A DNA stretch of 64,000 nucleotides from Octopus vulgaris (Eukaryota), in NCBI GenBank assembly GCA_951406725.2, contig OX597815.1:148986001-149050000 (forward strand), written 5' to 3'. Below are positions 29,023 through 41,983 of the stretch, piece after piece. The translations under genes and the position numbers were made by a program. How positions within the stretch are numbered: position 1 is the stretch's first letter; each line of letters begins with the position of its first letter. Under the pieces are notes generated by a model. It was not told the origin of the DNA, made no database searches, and saw only the letters and a program-made list of their open reading frames with translations.

Positions 29023-30009
29023 AATTTAAGATTTTAAATTTGAGAGCACTGAAAAAATTAAACATACTTATCTGACCAGGCGACATCAGACAATGTATAT
29101 CCAACGACCAGTACTTCCGAATTCAAACATACGAATGAGATCTCGTATTCCTCCCCATTCACCCACGTGTGCTAGCGAGTAAAATTCTATAGAATACTGC
29201 AGGTTACTATCAGGGAGAGATGATATAATACATATATATGCACATATTTGTATATATATATATATATATTCATATAAACACATATGCATATATATATATA
29301 TAAACACACACACACACACAAAGAGCGAAAGAGGATGGGTGTGCAAATTGCGATATTATAAAACCAGTGTGGCTAGAGTTTACACTGCAACAAATTTCAT
29401 CACAGTTAAATTATAATTATAGAGTGTAAGCCATATTTCTTGATATTACTCTCGGTGGTACAAGTATATTTTCAAAGATGCCAGGTATATTTGCGGGTAA
29501 AAACCTTTATATTACTACATACTTCTTACTTATACATTCTTTCAATAACGCTCCAATAACCACCAAAAACGTTTCGGTAGACTTTTCGCTTTTATTGAGT
29601 AAACTGCATCGACCTACAAAGGGTAAATGTATTATCAACGCAACTACCCGAACAGTAACTACATGATAAGTACATAATTTACGTTATTTAAATATATGTA
29701 TTGCAATCTTCGCGATGTGATTTGGTGTCACTAAGAAATATATGTATATGCTACTCTCGTCGAGCAAACGATACAGTTTCTGTAAGTTTGCTTAAAATGA
29801 CAGAAGCATTCCTCAACTACGTCCTCCAAGAGAGATATGACACATTAAATAATATTTCCATAGACTCACCAAAGAAACTGAATAGTTGCTTATGTTGCTT
29901 ACTCAGTGATGATTCGTGGCTAAAAACCACTTCAGATGGTAGCATATTCATTGTAACTACGTTGAAATCCGTGAAATATTGAGAGTAAAACAAATTTTGA
30001 TTGTTGTTT

Positions 30010-30210
30010 GAAAGCAGCGAACAGCGCAATCTTTAGCGCGAAGGACAAAATGCGTTCTTTCGGCTTTGCGTTCTGAGTTCAAAAATCGTGAATGTCGGTT
30101 TTTTTCATTCATCCTTTCGGGATCGATAAAATAAGTACTTGTTGAGCCTTGGAGTTGATGTAGTGGTGAAGTACCCTTCAACACAATTTTCAGATAACGT
30201 ACTTAAAGTA
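30010..30210 (+). mobile_element. Decayed CORE-like SINE
   Basis: cgttctgagttcaaa (B box)...ttcatcctttcgggatcgataaaataagtac; reverse copies at 45010-45410. Confidence 0.65.
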
Positions 30211-31072
30211 GAAAGATTTATTATTACTGCTGTTTTCCTATCCGCTCATTCTGCTGCATTTTTGTATGGAATGAGAAAAAATATATTAGCAGGAACAGTT
30301 ATCAGAACTTGTCTATTTCGATTATAATCTCAGGAAAATGAAATGTTTTATTATGAAAGCTTTTTTTTTCTTTATGTTAGCCATTTGATGAGATTCACTG
30401 GCCATTAAAATTCTCTAGGTAATTGTTACAAAGCTGGTTTCATTTGAAAATGAATATTACTTCAAAAGGATGGTATTTTCAAAAGAAGAAAAAAAAAAGA
30501 AAGAAAATATACCAATCTAGCAATTTGGACAATGTTTAATATTGTAATAAATAAATAGATATTCCCTATTAGACAAAGCCACGAGATTTTCTGCTTCTAT
30601 TGACAAACCTTTAGAGGAAAGCTTAAAAGATATATGAAACTTTGATATCATATCATTCCGAAACCCATTAGTTTAATATTAGTAAATGAAGATGTACTGT
30701 CTTTTCCTCCAGGGAATTAATGTGATGTCTACATCACTATTGTCTAGAAATTAATCACTCACTATCTCTTCATTTATACATATTATATTTCAACTGAATA
30801 CTCAATTAAATAAATGTGTTAGCAGCAATAGCGTTTAGTTTTTGTGCACTAGATGGGTTTGTATAAAATACAGCAGACCTTTTCCAAGCGGGCACATGCT
30901 TTTATTGTTATGAGATTTTAGAGCTTTGTGATAGTTTAAATTCTATGAGGCTGATTTGGAGAGTACTCACACATGCGTAAATGTACACACATAAGAACCA
31001 CGTTGCGCGGAAACAATTGTAGTGATAAATAACTCTCCAACCGAACTCCTTGATGACTTCAAATTCTACAGT

Positions 31073-31203
<131 letters not shown>

Positions 31204-31664
31204 TGTGAGTATATGACTGTAAATGTAATATGTGACAATTATTCGGTAACCATGGTAAAATTCCGAGTTTCAGATTCCGAGGTGTAAGACAACGCCGCCA
31301 TCTCTTCAGTTATCCGGCCATCAGAGTATTATCAGAGCTACCGAATAATTGTCACATAACAGATAAATTCCTCTATTTACATAATATCGAGTTCTCTTTC
31401 TTTCTTTTGTTGTCTTACCATCTTTATCAATATATATATAATAGGTATATATATATATATAATACGTATATATATAATATACATATATACGCTTATATAT
31501 ATAGTATATATAATATAGTCCGCTGCCCTAACCACCGTGCCTTTGTGGCTCCCCACATACATGCATACATGCATATATGCAACATTATGCATATATAAAG
31601 CAAGACATACAAATCTGCACATATACACACATACAACCATGCATATCTACATACATACAAACAA

Positions 31665-31880
31665 AAATACCTTGTTGATGTAGAAATTCCAATGCATCTA
31701 GGTTAGAAACCGGCTCTGTCTCTATTGGCAATAAATCTTGAAATAAAACAGTACAATGACATACATAATACACACATACATACAAAAACATCCCGTTGTT
31801 GATTTTGATTACTAATGAAGGAGCCTTGAATCTAGGTTAGAAACTGGCTCTTTCTCTATTGGCGAGAAATCAGGAAATGA
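31665..31880. repeat. Two tandem copies of an about 85-bp dispersed repeat fragment
   Basis: tctaggttagaaac.ggctct.tctctattggc occurs near 31697 and 31831. Confidence 0.7.
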
Positions 31881-32337
31881 CACACACACACACACACGCA
31901 GACACACAAACATATACGCACGTAAATACATATCTACATACGCACATGTACATAAGTACGTATACATGAATGCTGCTCTGTATTATTTCTAAGTTTCGAA
32001 TTTATTGTATTTTCCACTGCTTCCTTCATTCTTTTTACATTTCGCATTTCTTTTTAGAATGTGTTACTTTGACTAACACGTTCCAAAATGGATATTTAAT
32101 GGACTGTTATTAACAGAAGATTCGCGCTCCTCGGTAAAATATTTTCCCACTCCCTATAACCTTAGAGGTGATGAAATGAAATACTTGGGAATGATAGATA
32201 CCTGATTCCTGTGGCACAATGTGATGTCTTGCAAATAAATTGTTAGTTTACTACGATGTAGTTTAGCCTTTTTGGCTAAATATATATGACAGCATCATGC
32301 AAATGAAAGCGGAAATATTTTTTTTAATTTGTTTCCA

Positions 32338-32545
<208 letters not shown>

Positions 32546-33189
32546 GTATGTATATATATGTATATATATATATATGCATGTATGTATGTATTTTAATATC
32601 TAGAAAATTATATAGAGACATATTTTCTTGCGTGTTTGAAGCTCATGTGAATAATTCAACACAAACAAAATTTGTCGTGTCCAAATATGATAAATTATTA
32701 CTAACCTGCTAAAACAGATGAATGAAACACAGGGATGATGGGAAACTTAAAACAAAAAAATATATTAAGGAGATATATTCGAACATTTGTTTTGAATGAC
32801 AAATGGTTCCAATTATGAATTTGGAAATAAATTAGATACAAAAGTATAAAGTGTTCCAAACATAGAATAACATGTGTTATATTCGTTAGAAATATATTTG
32901 CGTGTCATATCAGATATGACCAAACGGTAAAACGAACGCCTGTGTTTGTGAGTAATTGCGTGGTATAACGAGCTTCGGCAGTTTCTCATATGAAATCTGT
33001 ATCTGTAATAAGATATAGAGTGTAGGGTGGAATATTTAAATATTTGTATATATATATATATATGCATTTCATAAATACGTGTGTGTGAGTGCCTTTGTTC
33101 TTGTGCGTGTGATTTTTCGTGCATGAATGTATATCTGTATCTGATATCTATATATCTATATATATATATATATATATATATAATAAATT

Positions 33190-33392
33190 TAATCCAAACA
33201 AGAAAACAAAAAAAACACAACAACGCAAGGCCGTGGAACAAATAAAGTATTATTGGACGCTCAGGAAAGAAGGGAAGAAGGAGGGTTTAACGTTTCGAGT
33301 GGAGCTCTGCGTCGGAAACGTAGGAGAAGGAAAGATCCGGAGAAGAGAAGACAGAGGAAAAAAAATCGACAGTGGTAAAGACGAGGTCACAT
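33190..33392 (-). mobile_element. Short PLE-derived repeat with hammerhead-like core (33285-33319)
   Basis: Minus strand GTTT-CCGACGC-A-GAGC TCC ACTC-GAA-ACGT-T-AAAC; homologous to 22575-22765. Confidence 0.65.
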
Positions 33393-33393
33393 A

Positions 33394-33439
<46 letters not shown>

Positions 33440-33442
<3 letters not shown>

Positions 33443-33863
33443 GTGATCCCCTTCGGTCATGAATGACCATGGGATTGCACCTAGAAATTTACTCGCCGAG
33501 GCACAAGTCTGAGCATGTTTGTTTATGGAAGACCAGCAGTCGCCCACGCATACCAAACTCCCCTCTGCACCCCACCGATGTTATCCAAGGGAAAGGCAAA
33601 GGTCGATATATCTTAGCACCAGTGACGTTGCAGCTCATTTTCTAACGTGCAAGTGGCAGAGCACTCCAAAGACACGTATACTCTTAACGTAGTTCTGGGG
33701 GAGATTCAGCGTGACACATAATGTAACAAGGCCGGACCTTTGAAATGCAGGTAGAACAGAAACAGGAAGAAAGAGTGGGAGAAAATTGTGGTGAAAGAGT
33801 ATAGCAGTGTTCCCCCAGCCGCGAGAGCCTCGTGGGACATTTGGTGTTTTCGCTAAATAAACA

Positions 33864-33866
<3 letters not shown>
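33440..33866. mobile_element. GC-richer retroposon remnant(s), SINE/RTE-related
   Basis: Discrete block between two TA tracts. Family assignment is from resemblance only. Confidence 0.35.
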
Positions 33867-33928
<62 letters not shown>

Positions 33929-34019
33929 GATGTATGTATGTATGTATTTATAGAGAGTGAGATGAAGAGAGAAACAAGCTGACTGAGATAGGGAGAGAGG
34001 GAGAAAAGAATATATATAT

Positions 34020-34229
34020 ATATTCTTTTATTCCTTTACGTGTTTCAGTCATTTGACTGCGGCCATGCTGGAGCACCATCTTTTGTTTAACAGTTCGACG
34101 CCATGCCTTATTCCTTGAAAGCTTAGAAACATATCCTATGCGTATCATTTGCCGAACTGCTAAGTTATGGAGACGTAACATTGGTTGAGAAGCGATTTGG
34201 GAAGAGGGACAAACACAGATACAGATAAC

Positions 34230-34275
<46 letters not shown>

Positions 34276-34420
34276 TACATATATATATATATACATATAT
34301 AACAAATCCACTCACAAGTCTTTGGTCCGTTTGAGGCTATAGTAGAAGACACTAGCCCCAGTTGCCAAGCAGTGGGACTGAACCGAAAATCATGTGGTTG
34401 GGAAACCAGCTTCTTACCTG
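34020..34420 (-). mobile_element. SINE with internal microsatellite
   Basis: gtttcagtcatttgactgcggccatgctggagcacc ... aaatccactcacaag...gcagtgggactgaacc. Confidence 0.85.
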
Positions 34421-34662
34421 AGAGACACTCATATATATATGAATGAGAGAGAGAGAGAGGAGAGCAGAGGAGAGGGACAGACAGACAGAATAATGAAAGT
34501 AGTCAGAGTGTTGGGTTATTCTATATACATTTTTATTTATATTTTCTTCTTACTTGGCAAAACCCACAAAATATTTTAATATATAAAAAGACCAAGAAAC
34601 CTATCGTTAAGTAATGATTGATAAATCCGATAACGGGCAAAGGCGCTAAACTGTAAATAATA

Positions 34663-34698
<36 letters not shown>

Positions 34699-34699
<1 letters not shown>

Positions 34700-35195
34700 G
34701 AATATGAACAAGAAGGGTAGTAATATTATTTACTACCAGGTGCCCAGCACAAAAGACGAATTAGTCATAAGACAAAACTATTATTCATATAGAAAAATAT
34801 TATTCATGTAGTTATACAATTAAGGGCTCCTAAATTAAGATGCCGAGTGCTGGGAACACAAAAAGGGGATGAACTTATCGGGAGTGAAAAACAAAAACGT
34901 TTACCGATAACTTTAACTCGAACCGCGGTTTCTGCTTCTTTCTAGCAAAACACAAGATATGTTTGCTAAGGCTAGCTTCATCAGCGAGTCGCCTTAATTT
35001 AATCGAGGTCTGCAGCGATGTGAGACCATGTGTTGATCTCGAACTACTAGCAGATCTTAACTTTTCAAATCTCTGCGCAGACGCAAAATTTATACGGCAG
35101 TATAGGGCATGCCGGGAAAAATTTTACGAATAAATTCATCATGTAATATGCGAATATGAACAAGAAGGGTAGTAATATTATTTACTACCAGGTGC
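34699..35195 (-). mobile_element. 452-bp hammerhead-bearing monomer with 45-bp terminal redundancy
   Basis: 34699-34743 equals 35151-35195 (cgaatatgaacaagaagggtagtaatattatttactaccaggtgc). Confidence 0.8.
34915..34990 (-). ncRNA. Type I minimal hammerhead ribozyme
   Basis: GACTCG-CTGATGA-A GCT...TAGCAAAC..GTTTTGCTA...AGC A-GAA-ACCGCGGT-T-CGAGTT; palindromic stem III. Confidence 0.82.
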
Positions 35196-35331
35196 GAGAG
35201 TTAATGTTAAGTGGCTAACTCTAGTGCTAGAAATAGCTCCTTATTCTGATATAGCCACCGAAGTTGTTTCCACAGAAGAAATAACATTACCTTCAACGTA
35301 AGGGAAGCGAAATACAACGAAAAGATACATT

Positions 35332-35409
35332 AATACTGAACAATTGTTTCTTTATCAACATAATATGCAATTATAATCACATATTTGTCTATAATTCCTC
35401 AGCAGTATT
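35332..35409 (-). ncRNA. Type I minimal hammerhead ribozyme
   Basis: AATACTG-CTGAGGA-long stem II-GAA-ACAATTGT-T-CAGTATT. Confidence 0.82.
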
Positions 35410-35720
35410 TGTCCTCGATACAATCTATCAGACCCAGACGAGCGATAAATACCCATGCGGTCTGATCGATTGCATACATAGTTGTGGTTTAGCTTCCCGT
35501 CAAAGGCATTCTAAGACTCCGTGGAAACCAATACCGCATACAATATTTGCTGCAGCATATTAATATATAAATTCATAAATGAGGGTGAAAAATTAGATAT
35601 TGATTTAATAATACCGTCAATTTAACACCAAGTGGCCTAGCACATAGAAACCAGGGAGACAGTACAAATTTATACGTACATATAAGAGAGTTTTGGGTCT
35701 GATAGATTGTAATGAAGACA

Positions 35721-35798
35721 AATACTGCTGATGAATTATAGACAAATATGTGAGTATAATTGCATATTATGTTGATAAAGAAACAATTGTTCAGTATT
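35721..35798 (+). ncRNA. Type I minimal hammerhead ribozyme
   Basis: AATACTG-CTGATGA-stem II-GAA-ACAATTGT-T-CAGTATT. Confidence 0.85.
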
Positions 35799-36214
35799 AA
35801 TCTATCTTTTCTTTGTATTTCGCTTCCTCAATGTGTGTTGAAGGTAATGTTATTTCTTCTGTGGAAACAACTTCGGTGGCTATAGCAGAATAAGGAGCTA
35901 TTTCTAGTACTAGAGTTAGCCACCTAACGTTAACTCTCTTACATTTACGTATAAATTTGTACTGTCTCCCTGGGTTCTATGTGCTAAGCCACTTGGTGTT
36001 AAACTGACCGTATTATTTAATTAATATCTAATTGTTCACCCTCATTTATGAATTTATAAATTAATATGCTGCAGCAAATATTGTATGCGGTATTGGTTTC
36101 CACGGAGTCTTAGCATGCTTTTGACGGGAATCTAAACCACAACTATGTTTGCAATCGATCAGACCGCATGGGTATTCATCGCCCGTGTGGGTCTGATAGA
36201 TTGTATCGAGGACA

Positions 36215-36292
36215 AATACTGCTGATGAATTATAGACAAATATGTGATTATAATTGCATATTATGTTGATAAAGAAACAATTGTTCAGTATT
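36215..36292 (+). ncRNA. Type I minimal hammerhead ribozyme
   Basis: Same motif, 494 bp downstream of the previous copy. Confidence 0.85.
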
Positions 36293-36541
36293 AATGTATC
36301 TTTTCGTTGTATTTCGCTTCCCTTACGTTGAAGGTAATGTTATTTCTTCTGTGGAAACAACTTCGGTGGCTATATCAGAATAAGGAGCTATTTCTAGCAC
36401 TAGAGTTAGCCACTTAACGTTAACTCTCTTATATTTACGTATAAATTTGTACTGTCTCTCTGGTTTCTATGTGCTAGGCCACTTGGTGTTAAACTGACCG
36501 TATATATAAATTAATATCTAATTTTTTACCCTCATTTATGA

Positions 36542-36634
<93 letters not shown>

Positions 36635-36637
<3 letters not shown>

Positions 36638-37019
36638 TATTATAAAAGGCAGATGTTATCTGCCTCCCTTTGGGAGTTATACAAATCTACAATATAGGAT
36701 TTCTTCAATTACAATTTACCTTGCATTTTTAAGAGTACAATGCATCGCGTCATGCCAGATCCAGTTTTTAAAATTTAAACTCCAGTTAAGCAAAATTTAC
36801 AGAAAACTCACATTCTGGTGTGTGTGTCAAATGCTTTTCTTAGTCTGGTTTACAGCACACGCAAACGCACACACACAGTGGGCAACGAATAAAATGAAAG
36901 TAATTGACTTACTGTAGTGAGTGATTCTTTCACTCTGCCTCCCACTTCCTCTTTCCACACAGACACGCAAATATATAAATAAAATTGTAAGCTAACGTGC
37001 GTGTGTGTGAGTGTGTGTG

Positions 37020-37068
<49 letters not shown>

Positions 37069-37110
37069 GCGTGAGTGTGTGACAGGAAAGTTATTTTACG
37101 ACGAATATAA
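36635..37110 (+). mobile_element. Possible Helitron 5' portion
   Basis: A|TCttattataaaa start resembles the 5' end at 38386; no 3' hairpin-CTAG found. Confidence 0.4.
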
Positions 37111-37119
37111 CACCTATAT

Positions 37120-37612
37120 CCAAGTAGCAGAAAGATAAGACAGTAAGGTGTGATTTGAGGGAGATTTGGCTGCTATTTCTACCATGTCTAGCTGCCATGT
37201 AGGGGTCTCCCTCATAGGCTCATACATACATATATACATAGATAAGACAGTAAGGTGTGATTTGGGGGAAATTTGGCTGCTATTTCTACCAGGTCTAGCT
37301 GCCATGTAGGGGTCTCCCTCATAGGCTCATACATACATATATACATAGATGAGACAGTAAGGTGTGATTTGGGGGAAATTTGGCTGCTATTTCTACCAGG
37401 TCTAGCTGCCATGTAGGGGTCTCCCTCATAGGCTCATACATACATATATACATAGATAAGACAGTAAGGTGTGATTTGGGGAAAATTTGGCTGCTATTTC
37501 TACCAGGTCTAGCTACCATGTAGAGGTCCTCCTCATTGGCTCATATATATATACATACATAAGACAGTAAGGTGTGATTTGAGGGAGATTTGGCTGCTGT
37601 TTCTACCAGGTC
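37120..37612. repeat. 107-bp minisatellite, about 4.6 copies
   Basis: gataagacagtaaggtgtgatttg.ggga.atttggctgctatttctacca.gtctagctgccatgtaggggtctccctcataggctc at 107-bp spacing. Confidence 0.95.
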
Positions 37613-37659
37613 TGTTAGGCCTTCTCATGCCTTGAACATAAGACCAAAGCAGAGAAAGT

Positions 37660-37875
37660 ATTCTTTTATTCTTCTGCTTTTTCCAGCCATTGGTCTGTGG
37701 CCATGCTGGGGCAATGCCTTGAAGAATTGTAGTTTAATGAATCAACTCGTTTTATTTTTGTAAGCATTGTACTTATTCTATCTGTTTCTTTTGTCAAACC
37801 ACTAGGTGACAGGGATGTAAACAAACCAACATTCGTTGTCAAGCAGTGGTGGAGGACAATCACAAGCACAGACAC
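37660..37875 (-). mobile_element. SINE 3' half
   Basis: tgtggccatgctggggca...tacttattcta...gatgtaaacaaacca. Confidence 0.7.
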
Positions 37876-37960
37876 GCACACACACACACATACATGCATA
37901 CACATATACACACATACATACATACATACATATATATATATATATGTGTGTATATATATA

Positions 37961-38219
37961 TTGCAGCGTGGAAGGTGTTTGTAAGCCATTTAAGAAACAC
38001 ACAAAAACCGTTACATTCACTTCAACATTTAAATTTAATTTGCCAAAATATTTTCGTCGCTTTGAGACCGCGACCTGTTCACTGACAAAAATATCGTGCT
38101 AACAGGTCGCGGTCTCAAAGCGATGAAAATATTTTGACAAATTAAATTTAAATGTTGAAGTGAATCTAACGGTTTTTGTGTGTTTCTTAAATGGCTTATA
38201 AACACCTTCAACGCTGCAA
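37961..38219. repeat. Inverted repeat, about 118-bp arms with about 22-bp spacer; PLE-type fold-back
   Basis: ttgcagcgtggaaggtgttt...gaccgcgacctgtt / aacaggtcgcggtc...aaacaccttcaacgctgcaa. Confidence 0.92.
38039..38089 (-). ncRNA. Hammerhead ribozyme candidate with G3:C8 variant core
   Basis: TTTGTCA-GTGAACA-G GTCGC GGTCTCAAA GCGAC-GAA-AATATT-T-TGGCAAA. Confidence 0.65.
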
Positions 38220-38385
38220 CTGTTTTCGTTCCAGCACACGATCTCAGATCAAGTCACTTGCTATGCAAGTACATCTCTGTAACTATATATATATATATTT
38301 ATATATATATATATATGTATATTGGTAAAAACAGTAAGATAACAAAAGAAAGAAAGAGACCTCAATATTATGTAAATAGAGGAAA

Positions 38386-38779
38386 TCTTTATATATAAAA
38401 GTGAGGTTGTGTGTCTGTCTCCTACAATTTAGATTCCTAACTACTCCCACATTTTGCGGTGCAGTTTAACCAAAACCGGGTATCTTATAGTCGTGATTCA
38501 TATCGAGACCGTCTGGGTATTAGCGCGCGTCTACGATGAGTCTACGATTTTAAAAAAAAATTACCATCAATTTTTCCCATTTTTAATCCATTTTTGACAT
38601 ATATAAGGGAAGTAACTCTCTAAAATTTATTATTAAATCTCAGAACGTAAAAAGCTACAGTAACACCCCTCCCCCTTTGTGGTTAGCCATATTGTGATGG
38701 CTATTATACTTTACATCTCTAAAAATGCTTATATAATTATTTCCCTTACAAACCCGAGCAACGCTGGGCGATACTGCTA

Positions 38780-38780
<1 letters not shown>
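38386..38780 (+). mobile_element. Non-autonomous Helitron
   Basis: A|TC start, subterminal hairpin cccgagcaacgctggg (38753-38768), CTAG|T end, no TSD. Internal sequence is shared with about 10595-10660. Confidence 0.85.
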
Positions 38781-38828
<48 letters not shown>

Positions 38829-38945
38829 CATATATCATCATCATCCAAATGTTCGACTACCTTACTATTCTAAATATACAATATCTGTACGTCACTTCAA
38901 AAACTCTTTCTCACTCTCTATCTCTCTATATATCTCTATGTATAA

Positions 38946-39055
<110 letters not shown>

Positions 39056-41097
39056 CATACATACAGACAGAGACAGACAATCAGAAAAAGATGCACTATG
39101 AATATGTATGGATTTATATATATCTCTTTCTCTCTCAAGACATATGGCTGAGCGTCTGTGTGTCTGCCCGTATGTGTGTGACAGACCAGTACATTACTTC
39201 TGCTTTTGAATATTTAATGCCCAAATGAGGTTATTTTGAAAGATTTTAACTTTATTTAGGGACACTTCCAAATATGTTCTTTTAACATTGAAAAGTGCTT
39301 AACCGATGTTTCTATCATATTCAAAATCCGTATAAAATTTCATAGTATTTCTGTGGGGTTTTTTTCTGAAGTTTTATTTAAATTTGTTTGGAAGCATTAT
39401 CTATGTTTCAGTTTAATGTTTATGCCAGAGTGAATAACATCATTGGAATATATTATTTAAAATTATTTTACAAGAAAATAATTTTATGGGGAACAGCTGT
39501 GACATTAGCCAAAGTTCTTGACTGGCGCTATATTTTTCCCGCTAGCGATATAGGAATTCAGAACGCAAAGAACCGGAACAAATTCTACAAAGCCTTTTTA
39601 CCCACGCTCCAACAATTCACCTAAGATTACCACCTTCATCATTGCAATATAGGAGGAAATGTCAAATCCTTAAAGAGGCAAATTGTCAAAATGTTTAAAA
39701 CCTCCCATTGCATTCCATAAGGCTGTGCTCAAATCATTTGAAGTGAGGTTTGCTTTCCAACACTTCGGTGTCGATAAGTAATTTCAGTCTTGGAGTTGTG
39801 AATAGAGCTTCAAACGAGATAACATGTAGGAACAAGTCCTTTTTTTTTTGTCGCCTAATAACAATAACTTCTAAAACAATACCAGAACAGCATCATTCTT
39901 TGTATTATTCACTGACCAAATATAATAACAGGTAATATATCCGAAGTATATCTCAAATAATTGAAATAACATCTGTCAGTCAAATACAGTTATTTTTTCA
40001 GCTAATATTGTTTCCTAATTTAGGCTCAACACCAAGAATTTCAGACGATGAGGTTTAGTCAATAACTTAGAATATATTACTGGATAGATGAAAGACCAAT
40101 TCCAACAGATAGAGCTGGAGAAAATAGCAAACCATGATATTCCACAGGCTAAGAATTGAACCAATCTTCCACCGAATGTTTTCGTTTTTTTCTCTTATTA
40201 ATATCAATGCTGTATTAAACATGTTCTGCCTAACTAAACTGTTATTCCTGTGAAATGCAACCCTGAACGATTAATCACAGTTTTCTGTTTTGTTTAACTT
40301 TAAATTAGGTATTGCATCACTGAGTGATAAATAGAGAACATCATAGATCAGAACAGAAAGATATTACAAGACAAGACAATGTATAAGCATCGGTAGCAAC
40401 CTAGATGAAGAAACTTTGAAAATGGAATGTGTTAGGTGTGAAGTTTCTGTAATCAGTTTAGCAAAAATATCAACTGGAAAATGTAAGAACTAATGAAATA
40501 TATTTCTTATCGCGCTGTCTACGTTGGTTTCTATCTCACCTGGTGTATTTAAAGTGTATATGCAATGCTACTACTTCTGAAGACGTTCTTCAATTTCAAA
40601 TGTTTGTCACATTTTGTATAATGTTAATTTTACTGACAAAATTAGGTAAGTCAAAATTCCTTGGCAGACAGCTCGTCTACGTGATCTTGCCGAAGTCAAA
40701 AATGTCTGAAAGCTTTGCAAGGGTAATTTGTAAATGAAATAAAACGAAATAAGATGTGATTCATTTGATATAGAACGAAAATGACTGAATGGAACAAGAA
40801 ATACAATGGAAATAATGACACCAGCACTCAACAATTTATCAGGACACACTTTTCAATTAATATCTATTTGTTTCAACAGATATTGTATGAGAAGCGCCGA
40901 GAATTGTCTGCGGCTCACTTCACAGTTCATAGAATCATATATACACCCTTCTGCACATATACATACATAATACATACACACACACACACATATATATATA
41001 TAGATAGATATACATATAGGATATATATATATATATATATATATATTTGTGTGTGTGTTTGTGTTATATGATATACATATGTGTATGGATATATGTT

Positions 41098-41155
<58 letters not shown>

Positions 41156-41880
41156 CATATAAGCATATACATATATGTATATTATATATAATACACGCAC
41201 TCACACACACACACAACAGTTGATACAATTCCATTATGCACATCACTCCATAATTGAAGACACCCGACTCATATCACTTTAGAGTTTCAATTAAGACGAT
41301 TTATGAGACTCTGTAACATAATTACTGTTGTCGTTTTGAATCGCGGAGGGCGTGTTGGAATGATCGTCTGCCTGTTTGAAGATGGAAGCCTCCCACTTCG
41401 CCCCAGTAACAGCCATTGCGTTTTATTGTGTTGTAAAAATTTCACATCTGTATTGCGTACTAATACTGTGTTTCAGATATTTTGAACACTTTTTTCCCTT
41501 AAAGTAACATTCTGAGGGCTTAATGTATGATAATTCTCACCACGAGATTACCTACCGCTTGTCAGATTAGTTTATGCTATCATTGCAATTTTCAATAAAT
41601 ATATTGGAACATCTTTCTAATCTGAGTGGCATTACAAATTAATGATTCTGACCCAGTATTTGAACGAGATATCATTGTAATAAGCCTCAAAGATATAAAT
41701 TGCAGTAATATTAAAAATATTTTAGAAAAAAATCTTACATTCCTCACATATCATGAAAAGGGGGTTGAGATTGCTATTTTTGAAATTTCCTTTTTATGAA
41801 GTTGGTTATACGATATGATTATGTACATATGAGTGCGCGCACACACAAGCATAAAAATATAATAATTAGCTATGCATGTG

Positions 41881-41983
<103 letters not shown>

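Larger units (their letters stand above)
35196..36548. mobile_element. About 490-bp unit array: one inverted unit (35196-35692) plus about 1.7 tandem units (35694-36548); retrozyme or pseudo-LTR type
   Basis: Direct comparison of units; one hammerhead per unit; no ORF; ends in (TA)n. Confidence 0.88.

Noticed and set aside
37114-37612. CRISPR-like array or repeated 63-66-aa ORFs
   Set aside because: Whole units repeat with no unique spacers; eukaryotic minisatellite.
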